This document shows, piece after piece, positions 17,664 through 26,850 of a DNA stretch of 64,000 bases (positions within the stretch are counted from its first letter, which is position 1; every line of letters begins with the position of its first letter). A program made the position numbers and the translations under genes. Below the pieces are notes generated by a model. That model was not told the origin of the DNA and did no database searches. It worked only from the letters and a program-made list of their open reading frames with translations. The DNA is taken from positions 3,680,001 through 3,744,000 of the forward strand of contig CAVRAY010000001.1 of the NCBI GenBank assembly GCA_963719225.1, read 5' to 3'. Source of the stretch: Thermoanaerobaculia bacterium. GTDB lineage: Bacteria > Acidobacteriota > Thermoanaerobaculia > UBA5066.

Positions 17664-18608
17664 TCAGACGTTCTCCGCGGCTCCCCTGTACCAGTCGATC
17701 GTCCGCCGCAGGCCCTCGACCAGAGAGACCCGCGAACGCCAGCCGAAGAGCTGCTCCGCGCGCGTCACGTCCAGCTTCCGCCGAGGCTGACCGTTCGGCT
17801 GCGAGGCGTCCCATCGGATTCCGCCGCCGAATCCCGTTTCCCTGGCGACGAGCGCCGCGAGATCCCTGATGGAGATCTCGTCGCCGGAACCGAGGTTGAC
17901 CGGATCGGCGCCGTCGTACCGTTCCGCGGCCGCGAGGATGCCTTCGGCGGCGTCCTCGACGTAGAGGAACTCGCGCGTCGGCGAGCCGTCGCCCCAAAGG
18001 ACGACCTCGCGCGCGCCGCTTTCGTGCGCCTCGAGGAACTTGCGGATCATCGCGGGGATCACGTGCGAGCTCTCGAGATCGAAATGGTCTCCGGGGCCGT
18101 AGAGATTCACCGGAAGAAGGTAGATTCCCGGGAATCCGTACTCCTCGCGGTACGCCTGAAGCTGGACGAGGAGCATCTTTTTCGCGAGGCCGTAAGGAGC
18201 GTTCGTCTCCTCCGGATATCCGTTCCAGAGGTTCTCTTCGCGAAACGGGACGGGGGTGAGCTTCGGGTACGCGCAGATCGTCCCGAGGCAGACGAACTTT
18301 GCGATCCCCGCGCGCCGAGCCTCCTCGATGAGCTGAACGCCCATGATCGCGTTCTCGAAGAAGAAAAGGCCCGGATGCTTGCGGTTCGCGCCGATGCCGC
18401 CGACGATCGCGGCCAGGTGCACGACGAGCTCCGGCTTTTCGCGCGCGAGGTACGCGCGCACGGCGTCTCGCTCGCGCAGATCGAGCTGAGCGGAACGCGG
18501 CGCAAGGATTGCTCCCGGACCGCGTCCCTCGAGCGCGTGAACGAGGGAGCGCCCCAGAAAGCCCCCCGCTCCCGTGACGAGAACGCGGCGACCTTCCCAG
18601 AATTTCAC
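17664..18608 (-). CDS. fcl: GDP-L-fucose synthase
   Basis: [62 protein letters not shown]; GTG start after TACACT-N6. Confidence 0.93.
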   Translation of the reverse strand: MKFWEGRRVLVTGAGGFLGRSLVHALEGRGPGAILAPRSAQLDLRERDAVRAYLAREKPELVVHLAAIVGGIGANRKHPGLFFFENAIMGVQLIEEARRAGIAKFVCLGTICAYPKLTPVPFREENLWNGYPEETNAPYGLAKKMLLVQLQAYREEYGFPGIYLLPVNLYGPGDHFDLESSHVIPAMIRKFLEAHESGAREVVLWGDGSPTREFLYVEDAAEGILAAAERYDGADPVNLGSGDEISIRDLAALVARETGFGGGIRWDASQPNGQPRRKLDVTRAEQLFGWRSRVSLVEGLRRTIDWYRGAAENV

Positions 18609-18700
18609 GCAGAAAGTGTAACCGCTCGTGATCCCCCGCACTTCCGCCGCGTCCAACCGGCGTGAGACACTCGACCCTGAGGCCACTCCCGGGGAGGATC

Positions 18701-20089
18701 ATGAAAAATCGTGCCCTGCTTTTCGTCGCACTCGCTCTCACGGCGAGAGCCGCCCTCGGCGACGTCGTGATCCCATCGTCCGCTTTCGTGAACGGCCAGA
18801 ACTTCGCCGAGTTCCATTCCGACGTGCGCGTCTTCAACCCGACGAACTCGCCCGTGAACGTGACGCCGGTGCTCTACAACCAGGCGAACGGGCAGACCAT
18901 CGTCGCGCCCGCTCCCGGCTTCGTGACGGTGCCTGCGCGCGGACAGGTTGCCTTCGACAACATCCTTGCGACGCTCTTTCTGCAGGCCAAGGGTGCCTTC
19001 GGGCCGATTCGCTTCGAGACGTCGGCACCGATCATCGTCTCCTCGGGCGTCAACAACGTGAATGCGTGCGGCAACGGATCCACGTCCGGTCAGTGGCTGC
19101 CGGGAATCGACGTCGGGCAGGCTCTCAAGGCGGGGACACTCGTCCAGCTCGCCGCAAGTGCGGACGGGGGCTCAGGCTACCACTCGAACGTCGTCTTCAT
19201 GAATCCCGGCACCGCGGCCGCAAACGTGACCTCGAAGCTTCGCATGGGAGACGGCACGCTCGTCGCCGCGTTCACGCTCGATCCGCTTTCGGCGAACGGC
19301 TTCAAGCAGATCAACAACCTCACGGCATGGCTCCCAAGCCCGAACACGATCACGGACACGAACCTCTGGCTCGAATTCACGAGCGACCAGCCCGTCCTCG
19401 CCTTCGCCTCCGTCATCAACAACGCGTCCGGGGATCCCTTCGCGATCGTCATGACGGCCGAGCCGAACGTCTCGTCGTCCGTACCCGTCGCGTCGTACAC
19501 GGTGAATCCGGCCAGCCCGAACGCGGGGCAGAGCGCCACGTTCACGGACACCTCGACGAACGCGCCGACGTCGCAGCTCTGGGCGTTCGGTGACGGGACG
19601 ACGGCGACGTCCGGCGCGACGGTCCAGCACACGTATTCCGCGGCGGGAACCTACCGGACCTCTCATTTCGTTTCGAACGCCTTCGGCACGTCGGCGGCCA
19701 CGAAGGACGTCGTCGTGGGGACGGTCCTGCCGATTACGTTCACGGTGAGCGCGACGACGAACAACGACACGCACTGGACCTTCACGCCAAACTCCGTCAC
19801 CTGCCGGGTCAACGTCCCGTGCCGGATCACCTGGACGACGCCGCAGTCCGAGAACAAGCACCACGGTCTCGGGGGCTTGGGCGTTTTCGGGGTCACGCTG
19901 TGCGACGACGGCCAGTCGCTCGACAACCTCATTCCGAGCCACGCCTGCACGGTGACCTTCACGCCGACTGCGTTCTCGCTCAACAACCAGCCGACGGGCG
20001 GCTGGGTCTACACGTGCACGCAGACGATGTGCGCGCCGACGCAGGCCCTCCACGACGGGATGACCGGCAAGATCGTCATCGCGCCGTAG
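18701..20089 (+). CDS. Secreted PKD-domain protein with C-terminal cupredoxin-like domain
   Basis: GGAGG SD, signal peptide; PKD (FTDTSTNAPTSQLWAFGDG..HTYSAAGTY); FTPNSVT..H..YTCTQTMC..LHDGMTGKIVI. Confidence 0.72.
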   Translation: MKNRALLFVALALTARAALGDVVIPSSAFVNGQNFAEFHSDVRVFNPTNSPVNVTPVLYNQANGQTIVAPAPGFVTVPARGQVAFDNILATLFLQAKGAFGPIRFETSAPIIVSSGVNNVNACGNGSTSGQWLPGIDVGQALKAGTLVQLAASADGGSGYHSNVVFMNPGTAAANVTSKLRMGDGTLVAAFTLDPLSANGFKQINNLTAWLPSPNTITDTNLWLEFTSDQPVLAFASVINNASGDPFAIVMTAEPNVSSSVPVASYTVNPASPNAGQSATFTDTSTNAPTSQLWAFGDGTTATSGATVQHTYSAAGTYRTSHFVSNAFGTSAATKDVVVGTVLPITFTVSATTNNDTHWTFTPNSVTCRVNVPCRITWTTPQSENKHHGLGGLGVFGVTLCDDGQSLDNLIPSHACTVTFTPTAFSLNNQPTGGWVYTCTQTMCAPTQALHDGMTGKIVIAP

Positions 20090-20098
20090 GCGCGGGGC

Positions 20099-21031
20099 TC
20101 ATTCTTCCCGCTCCTCCCATCGGCACTCGGTAGGCTTCTTGTCGTTTCTGAGCCCGAGGAACGCGGGCTGCCGCAGCTTCTCGTCGGCCGTCCACTCCGC
20201 GAAAGCGACCTGCGCGACGAGCTTCGGCGCGACCCAGCTCGCGTCTTTCACCTCGCGCGAAACCGTCGCGAAGGGGCACGCGTCTCTCTGGAGCGGCTGG
20301 AGCTTCTCGAGGAGGCCGAGGAGGACCTCGTCCGAAAAGCCCGTCCCCACCGCGCCACAGAACCGGAGCGCCTTCCCCTCGTAGAGCCCGACGAGGAGCG
20401 CCCCGAAATGCAGCCGGGTCCCGCGCGGCAGCGTGAACCCGCCGATCACGAACTCCGATTCCCTTCGCGACTTGATCTTCAGCCAGCGCAGGGACCGGCG
20501 TCCCGCCTCGTAGCGCGAAGCGAGATCCTTCCCGATGATGCCCTCCCAGCCTTCGGCGCGGGCGCGCGCGAACGCCTTCGCGCCGTCCGCGCCGAGGCGC
20601 TCCGAAAGAACGAGCGGTTTTTTCGGCCGTCGCCCGAGGAGCGATTCGAGAGCGGCGCGCCTCTCGGCGAGCGGACGTCGGACGAGGTCGACTCCGTCCT
20701 TCTCGAGACAGTCGAACAGAATCAGGCTCGGCGGCAACGCACCCGGCTCAGCCCTTTTCTGGAGAAGCGAGAACCGCGGAACTCCGTCCTTTCCGAACAC
20801 GACGAGCTCGCCGTCCACGACGAAGTCGCCGTCTCGAAGCGACGCGAGCGCCGCGACGACGCCCGGCTCGCCGGCGGTGAGGTCCAGGCCGTTGCGCGAA
20901 GAGAGCGTCACCCGCCCTGCCCGGCGGCTCGCGAGGACGCGCCAGCCGTCGTACTTCGGCTCGAACTCCCAACCTGCGCGTGAGAACGGAGCCTCCACGT
21001 GCGTCGCGAGCATCGGGGCGGGTGCGATCAT
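20099..21031 (-). CDS. ligD: ATP-dependent DNA ligase, stand-alone LigD ligase domain
   Basis: PMLAT, FEPKYDGWR (motif I), DGELVV, EGIIGK, WLKIK, FVIGGFT, LRQPAFLGLRNDK. Confidence 0.88.
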   Translation of the reverse strand: MIAPAPMLATHVEAPFSRAGWEFEPKYDGWRVLASRRAGRVTLSSRNGLDLTAGEPGVVAALASLRDGDFVVDGELVVFGKDGVPRFSLLQKRAEPGALPPSLILFDCLEKDGVDLVRRPLAERRAALESLLGRRPKKPLVLSERLGADGAKAFARARAEGWEGIIGKDLASRYEAGRRSLRWLKIKSRRESEFVIGGFTLPRGTRLHFGALLVGLYEGKALRFCGAVGTGFSDEVLLGLLEKLQPLQRDACPFATVSREVKDASWVAPKLVAQVAFAEWTADEKLRQPAFLGLRNDKKPTECRWEEREE

Positions 21032-21120
21032 GAGCGCGGCGCGCACCCTCGCTTCCACGCGATGCCCTTCCGCTCCTCTTTCATTTGCAGAAAATTCTAT
21101 CGTACGGTTCTTGCGAGCGC

Positions 21121-22515
21121 TCAGCCGAAGAGCCGGTCGATCGGCGCGTAAACACCGTCCTTCGCGGACGGCACGTACTCGAACCCGCGATTGAGAGGAT
21201 CGTCGTGGCGCGTCGTCGTCCAGTCGATCCCGAGCGCGGAGTAGACCGTGCACGCGACGTCCTCGACACGGAGCTCCGTCCGGCCCGACACTCCCGAGTC
21301 CGAAACGGTCGCCCCCGAAGAATCGGTCGCGCCCAGGACCTGCCCGCCCTTGACCCCGCCGCCCGCGAAAACGGCGCTGTTCACGGCGTAGTGGTCGCGT
21401 CCCGCCTGACCGTTCAGATTCGCGACCGTCCGCCCGAACTCGCCGGCCACGACGACCAGAGTCTCGTCGAAGAGCGTCTTGCCCGGTGCCGAGCCCGGCA
21501 CGGCCTTGAGGTCGGAAAGCAGCGCGGCGAGGGCGGTATCGAGCTGCGGGCACAGCGAATAGAGGCTCGTGCCCGTCTTCGAGTAGATGTTGCTGTGCAT
21601 GTCCCAGCCGGTCAGCGTCACCTGGACGAAACGCGCGCCGCGCCTGCCGGCGAGGACCTGCTTGGCCACGAGGCAGGAGTTGCCGAAGGCCGCCGCGCCG
21701 TAGCGCTGGCTGTCGGACGTGGAATACGAGAAGAGCGCGTTGACGTCGGGACTGTCCATCATCGTCTTGGCCTGGTTATAGAAACCCACCGCGTCGGCAG
21801 CGTCCTTGCCCAGCGGCTCCCCGTTCCGAAGCGTGGCGTCCAGGTTCTGCAGGTCGCTCCAGCGCAGGGCGAAGCGGGCCGAGCCGTCGGGGTGGGTGAG
21901 GCTCGTCAGGCCCGTCGCTGAAGGCCGCACGGAGAATGGGGAGTAAACCGACGGGAAATAACCCGCCCCGACGATCGATCCCGTGTTGAGCGCGATGAAG
22001 GAGGGAAGCACGTCGGTGGGCTGCCGTTGCGCCTCGAGCTCCAGGGCCGCGATGGCGCCGAGGTGGGGAGCGATGGCGCCCGTCGCGCCGGTCGGATTGC
22101 GCGCGATCTGGAGCCAGGTCTGTCCCAGCCCGTGCACGAGGGCCGAGGCTTTCAGGGATCGCACGATCGCGACGTCGCCGAGGCGGTTCGCCATCTGGGG
22201 CAGGAGGCCCGCGGGAAACCGCAGGCCCGCCCCGAAGCTCGTCGGGGCGAAGTCGGAGGGAGTCCAGGAGCCTTCCTTCAGATCCCACGTGTCGATCTGG
22301 CTCGGTGCGCCCGGCAGGAAGACGAGGATGACGTTCTTCGCCGTGCCCTTCGGAGCGACTCCGGTGGCCGTCGCGGCCCAGGCGGAGGCCGGCGACTTCA
22401 GGAACCACGACGCCACGAGCCCCGAGGCTCCGAGCTCGAGAAACGCCCGTCTCGAGAGGCCGGGGCCTTCGAGGGCGGAGGAGCCGGACGAGAGGACGGG
22501 AAGCGTCGATTTCAT
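21121..22515 (-). CDS. DUF1501 domain protein with Tat signal
   Basis: Start MKSTL 22515; SRRAFL; KNVILVFLPGAPSQIDTWDLK, GWDMH, GEFGRT, GRDH. Confidence 0.9.
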   Translation of the reverse strand: MKSTLPVLSSGSSALEGPGLSRRAFLELGASGLVASWFLKSPASAWAATATGVAPKGTAKNVILVFLPGAPSQIDTWDLKEGSWTPSDFAPTSFGAGLRFPAGLLPQMANRLGDVAIVRSLKASALVHGLGQTWLQIARNPTGATGAIAPHLGAIAALELEAQRQPTDVLPSFIALNTGSIVGAGYFPSVYSPFSVRPSATGLTSLTHPDGSARFALRWSDLQNLDATLRNGEPLGKDAADAVGFYNQAKTMMDSPDVNALFSYSTSDSQRYGAAAFGNSCLVAKQVLAGRRGARFVQVTLTGWDMHSNIYSKTGTSLYSLCPQLDTALAALLSDLKAVPGSAPGKTLFDETLVVVAGEFGRTVANLNGQAGRDHYAVNSAVFAGGGVKGGQVLGATDSSGATVSDSGVSGRTELRVEDVACTVYSALGIDWTTTRHDDPLNRGFEYVPSAKDGVYAPIDRLFG

Positions 22516-22523
22516 CGCGGGCC

Positions 22524-24503
22524 TCAATAGTTGTTGAAGAAGTCGATCTTGTTGAGCAGCGCGAGCTGGAGGTCCTCGGCGACGGTCGTCCGGGTCTGAC
22601 CGGCTCCGAGGTTCGAGAACATCGTGAGGGCCGCCGTGAGCTCCGCCGACGTGGGGAGCCGGCTGAGCGACGAGAGGTAGAGCGAGGTCACGATCTCGGC
22701 GGGCGTAGCGTTCGCCGCAATGAGCTTGCTCACCGCCGAGCCGGATGCGGAGCTCCTCACCCGGCTCGTCACCGTGACGTCGTTCAGGAGCGAGAGCGCC
22801 TGGGAGATGGAGAACTCGTTCGACCGCGCCTCGCTGTCCCGGTCGCCCCTCATGAACGTATTGAGGAAGGCGGCCTGCTGACCGCGCGGCTCGTTCACGT
22901 CGGGGAGCTGGCCCGCCCACACGACCGGACTCGATCCGGTGACGCCCAGGCTGGCCGGGACACCCGTCGCCTTCGTGATCGCGTCGAAGATCTCCTCCGA
23001 CCGCAGACGGCGCGTGAAGTGCCGCGCGAAGTACGGCGCGTGCGCGTCGCTCCACGTGCCCGGATAGAAGGACGAAAGCTGGTACGCGCTCGATTTCGCC
23101 ATCAGGGAGAGGGCGTAACGGATGTCGTACCCGTGCGCGGCGAAGTCCTGCGCGAGCCTCACGAGGAGGTTGGGATGCGTGGGCTGGATCGTCCAGGTCC
23201 CCGGAGGCGGGTTTCCCGGGTCCTGGCGGAAAAGGTCGAAGTTGTCGGCGGGCTCCACGATGCCGAGCGTGAACATCTCCTTCCAGAGATAGTTCACGCC
23301 GGCCCGGGCGAACTGGGGGTCCGCCGTGACGATGCGGCCGACCGCCGCGCGATATCCCTCGCCCGGAAGCGGCGCGCCACCCTGCGGGTTCGTGGGCGTC
23401 TTGAGGTACGTCGGCGTGATGTTCGTGAGGCCGGCGGGGATGGTCGTGTAGTACGCCGCCGTCCGGTCCGTCTTGTTGCCCGTGGTCGTGTTCAGCCGGT
23501 AATCGGGCAGGCTCGGGTCGTCGATGACGGTGTAATAGTAGTCGGCGGCCTGCGTGCCGGTCCGCGGCATGCGGACTTTCGCGAAGAACGCGGCCAATCC
23601 CCAGAAATCCTGCCGCCTCACGGTGGACCCCCAGAGGTTGATCTGGTCGAGATGGCCCGTCCCGTTGTGGCACGACGTGCAGAAGACGGCCGTTTCGCCC
23701 AGAAGGGCCGTGCCGGTCGTCGCGGCCTGATTGTCGTAGGTGTCCTGCGCGGGTCCGTTGGTCTGGATGTTCCGGACGGAGAAGTTCGCCGGAGCGTTCG
23801 TCGTGTTGACACCCGCGCCGGAGAGGAGCTCGCGGGCCATCTGGTCGTATGGTTTGTGTGAGCGAACCGCGTCGACGAAATAGGCGTGGTACGCGTTGCG
23901 GCCCGTGAAGTAGAGCTGCCCGCTGTCGGCGTTCGACGTGTTCCGGAACAGCTCGTCATAGAAGAACGCCCAGCGGTCCACGAACGCGTCGGAAGCGAGG
24001 AGCGCGTCGACCATCCGGCTGCGCTTGTCCGCCGTCGGGTCGCTCAGGAAGAGCGTCACGGTGGCCGCGTCGGGAATGCGCCCCGTGAGATCGAGCGTGA
24101 CACGCCGGAGGAACTCCGCGTCCGACGCGAGCGGCGCGGGCGTGACATTCGCGGCGGCCATCGCGCCGAACACCTCGTCGTCGATGTAGTTCACCCGACG
24201 GATATGAAGAGCCACACCCGTCAGCGGGGCCGCCACCGCGCCGGACGCCGCATGAGACGCCGCGAATGCCTGTGTGATGCGGGACACGCCGGCGCGGCGT
24301 CCATGCCCGTCTGGATCGAAATGAGAGGGGACGAGGGCGCAATCGGCGATTGCGGCGATGCGTCCCGAGCCGGCCGCCAAGTCGCTCCGGCTCTGAATGT
24401 TAGAGGCGGACTCTCCCTGGTCGGCCGCCTTCAGACGTGGCCCGGCCGCCGGAAGGACCGTCAGGGCGGCCGCGGCAAGAATGTGAAATCGGGCGGACTG
24501 CAT
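22524..24503 (-). CDS. DUF1549/DUF1553 (planctomycete cytochrome-type) protein
   Basis: Signal peptide; ASDAEFLRRVTLDLTGRIP, KPYDQMARELL, CTSCH, QDFWGLAAFF, THPNLLVRLAQDF, RRLRSEEIFDAI. Confidence 0.88.
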   Translation of the reverse strand: MQSARFHILAAAALTVLPAAGPRLKAADQGESASNIQSRSDLAAGSGRIAAIADCALVPSHFDPDGHGRRAGVSRITQAFAASHAASGAVAAPLTGVALHIRRVNYIDDEVFGAMAAANVTPAPLASDAEFLRRVTLDLTGRIPDAATVTLFLSDPTADKRSRMVDALLASDAFVDRWAFFYDELFRNTSNADSGQLYFTGRNAYHAYFVDAVRSHKPYDQMARELLSGAGVNTTNAPANFSVRNIQTNGPAQDTYDNQAATTGTALLGETAVFCTSCHNGTGHLDQINLWGSTVRRQDFWGLAAFFAKVRMPRTGTQAADYYYTVIDDPSLPDYRLNTTTGNKTDRTAAYYTTIPAGLTNITPTYLKTPTNPQGGAPLPGEGYRAAVGRIVTADPQFARAGVNYLWKEMFTLGIVEPADNFDLFRQDPGNPPPGTWTIQPTHPNLLVRLAQDFAAHGYDIRYALSLMAKSSAYQLSSFYPGTWSDAHAPYFARHFTRRLRSEEIFDAITKATGVPASLGVTGSSPVVWAGQLPDVNEPRGQQAAFLNTFMRGDRDSEARSNEFSISQALSLLNDVTVTSRVRSSASGSAVSKLIAANATPAEIVTSLYLSSLSRLPTSAELTAALTMFSNLGAGQTRTTVAEDLQLALLNKIDFFNNY

Positions 24504-24623
24504 CGTCGGAGCCTCCCCGGTTGAGAATCGGACGCAGTCGGCGGGAAGAAGATTACCCAGGACACGCGAAGCGGCTCTCGAAGTTGTACCCTACGCATCT
24601 AACCGCCTTTCCGGCGCGAACGC

Positions 24624-26135
24624 ATGAATCTGGAACGCCTCCGCCAACGCTTCTTCGAGGGACTGACGCGCTACCGATGGCAGGAAACCGTCGGTCGCGG
24701 CGGCATGGGAATCGTCTTCAAGGCGCAGGATCTGGATCTCGACGACGTCGTCGCCATCAAGGTCCTGTCTCCCGACTGGGAGACGGACGACCAGCAGCTC
24801 CTCCTCCGGTTCAAGCGCGAGATCAATCTCAACCGGAAGATCAAGCACCCGAACGTGGCGCGCATCCACGACTTCGGAATGAGCAACGACTTTCCCTACA
24901 TCACGATGGAATACGTTCCGGGCAAGGACCTGAGGACGATCATCCAGCTCGAGGGGAAGCTGCCTCAGGCACGCGCGATCTCGATCCTCCGGCAGATCGC
25001 CCTCGGGACGGAGGCGGCGCACAAGCTCGGCATCATCCATCGCGACCTCAAGTCGCAGAACGTCATGGTCGAGGACAACGGCGCCGTCGCGATCCTCGAC
25101 TTCGGGCTCGCGCGCGGAAAGACGACCGAGCAGCTCACGCTCGACAGCGTGATGGTGGGGACCCCCCACTACATGTCGCCCGAGCAGGCGCTCGGACGGC
25201 CGACGGACGCGCGCAGCGACGTCTACTCCATCGGCGTGATGGCGTACGAGATCCTCACGGGCAAGGTCCCTTACGACGGCGAGTCGCCGCTCGTGATCGC
25301 GATGAAGCACGTCTCGGAGCCGCCGCCGGACGACCTGCGCAAGGCGACCTACGTCGCGCCCGAGCTCATCGCCATCACCTACCGGGCCCTCGCGAAGGAG
25401 CCCTCGTCTCGATTCGCCTCGGCCGCCGATCTCGAAGCCGAGCTCGCGATGCTTCGCCCTTACGAGTCCGGCACCGTTTCGGTCGTGTCGGCGCCGCACC
25501 CGGCCATCCCGGCGGTCTCTTTCCCGAGCGCTCCGGGAATGTCGATCGAGTCGTCCGCGGCCCGCGGAGGGCCACCCGAGATCGGGGCGATGCCGACGCC
25601 CGCGGCGCCGGCGTCCGGCCTACCGGCCACCTCGGGCGCGACCCCCGTCGAAGCGAAGAACCGCCCGCCCGTCATCCTCCTCGTCGAGGGCGACGCCAAG
25701 GAGCGCAAGCGTCTCGCCGACGTGCTCGGCCGTCATGGATGCCGCACGTTGGAGGCCAAGGACGGGCCCGAGGCTCTCGAGCGGCTGCTCAAGGACACCG
25801 TCGATCTCGTCCTCATGGACATCGCGCTTCCGGGGATGGACGGCTTCGACGTCACGCGCGTGATCAAGGCGCAGGCCGCGACGATCGCGCTGCCCGTCGT
25901 CCTGACCACGGCGCGACTCGATCGAAGCCACTTCGCGTTCGCGATCCAGACGGGAGCGACCGACGTCATCGCCAAGCCGCTGCAGTCCGAGGCCGTCGTC
26001 GGGCGGCTCTGGCACATCCTCACGCACCACGGCTTCCAGCCGCCCGCGGGGAACGAGCCCGTCCTCGCCGCGATGAAGAAGACGCTTCCTTCCGCGATGA
26101 CGCCGCCTTCGGGTCCCGGCAAGAGCAGCCGCTGA
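24624..26135 (+). CDS. Hanks-type Ser/Thr kinase with C-terminal receiver domain
   Basis: GRGGMG, VAIK, HRDLKSQN, DFG, GTPHYMSPEQ; Pro/Ala linker; LVLMDIALPGMDG receiver. Confidence 0.92.
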   Translation: MNLERLRQRFFEGLTRYRWQETVGRGGMGIVFKAQDLDLDDVVAIKVLSPDWETDDQQLLLRFKREINLNRKIKHPNVARIHDFGMSNDFPYITMEYVPGKDLRTIIQLEGKLPQARAISILRQIALGTEAAHKLGIIHRDLKSQNVMVEDNGAVAILDFGLARGKTTEQLTLDSVMVGTPHYMSPEQALGRPTDARSDVYSIGVMAYEILTGKVPYDGESPLVIAMKHVSEPPPDDLRKATYVAPELIAITYRALAKEPSSRFASAADLEAELAMLRPYESGTVSVVSAPHPAIPAVSFPSAPGMSIESSAARGGPPEIGAMPTPAAPASGLPATSGATPVEAKNRPPVILLVEGDAKERKRLADVLGRHGCRTLEAKDGPEALERLLKDTVDLVLMDIALPGMDGFDVTRVIKAQAATIALPVVLTTARLDRSHFAFAIQTGATDVIAKPLQSEAVVGRLWHILTHHGFQPPAGNEPVLAAMKKTLPSAMTPPSGPGKSSR

Positions 26136-26144
26136 CGGGCGCGC

Positions 26145-26825
26145 CTAGAAGAGCGGCTTGAGGTCGGCGAGCCGGGTCACGAAGACCACCGGCTCGGGCG
26201 CTCCGTGGCCGTGGCGGTCGAAGAAGATCGGGAACCACCCCGCCTCCTTCGCGCCCACGACGTCGGTTGCGAAAGAGTCCCCCACGTAAACGCGCCGCCC
26301 CGCCTGGCCGCCGGCGGCTTGCCAGGCGGCGTCGAAAATTGCGCGGGACGGCTTCATGGCGCCGACGTCCTCGGACAGGATCACGTGCTGCACCCAGCGG
26401 TCGAGGCCGAAGCGCGCGATCTTGGCTCGCTGTGTCTGGCGGAAGCCGTTCGAGAGGATGCCCACGATGCCAAGCTCCGCGGCGTGTTGGAGAACGTCCT
26501 CCGCGCCCTCGATCAGCCGCCAGTGGCGGTTGTAGGCATCGATGTAGAAGGAGCTCACGGACGCGCCTCCCTCGACGTCGAGGCCGAGGTCGGCGAGCGG
26601 CAGCGCGAAGCGCCGCGTCGCGAGCGTCGGCCTGTCGATCTCGCCCTTCCCGTATTCGTGCCAGAGACGCAGGTTGTTCCGGCGATACGCGGCGAGCCAG
26701 TCGTCGAAGGCGATGCCCGAAAAGAGCGATGCGTGCGACGCATGCGTTTCGCGATGCGCGTCCTCCTCGGCGGCGTGGTGGTCGACGAGCGTGTCGTCCA
26801 GGTCGAAGAAGAAGAGAGGCTTCAC
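26145..26825 (-). CDS. HAD-superfamily hydrolase (YjjG-like nucleotidase)
   Basis: FFDLDDTL, LSNGF, KPSRAIF, YVGDSFATDVVGA. Confidence 0.88.
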   Translation of the reverse strand: MKPLFFFDLDDTLVDHHAAEEDAHRETHASHASLFSGIAFDDWLAAYRRNNLRLWHEYGKGEIDRPTLATRRFALPLADLGLDVEGGASVSSFYIDAYNRHWRLIEGAEDVLQHAAELGIVGILSNGFRQTQRAKIARFGLDRWVQHVILSEDVGAMKPSRAIFDAAWQAAGGQAGRRVYVGDSFATDVVGAKEAGWFPIFFDRHGHGAPEPVVFVTRLADLKPLF

Positions 26826-26850
26826 TCAGACACCACACTGCGACCTTGCT

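Noticed and set aside
6981-24503. Long ORF-track entries (927, 847, 1074, 850 aa) with N-terminal extensions
   Set aside because: Extensions are off-frame reads of upstream genes in GC-rich DNA; real starts have SD sites and signal peptides
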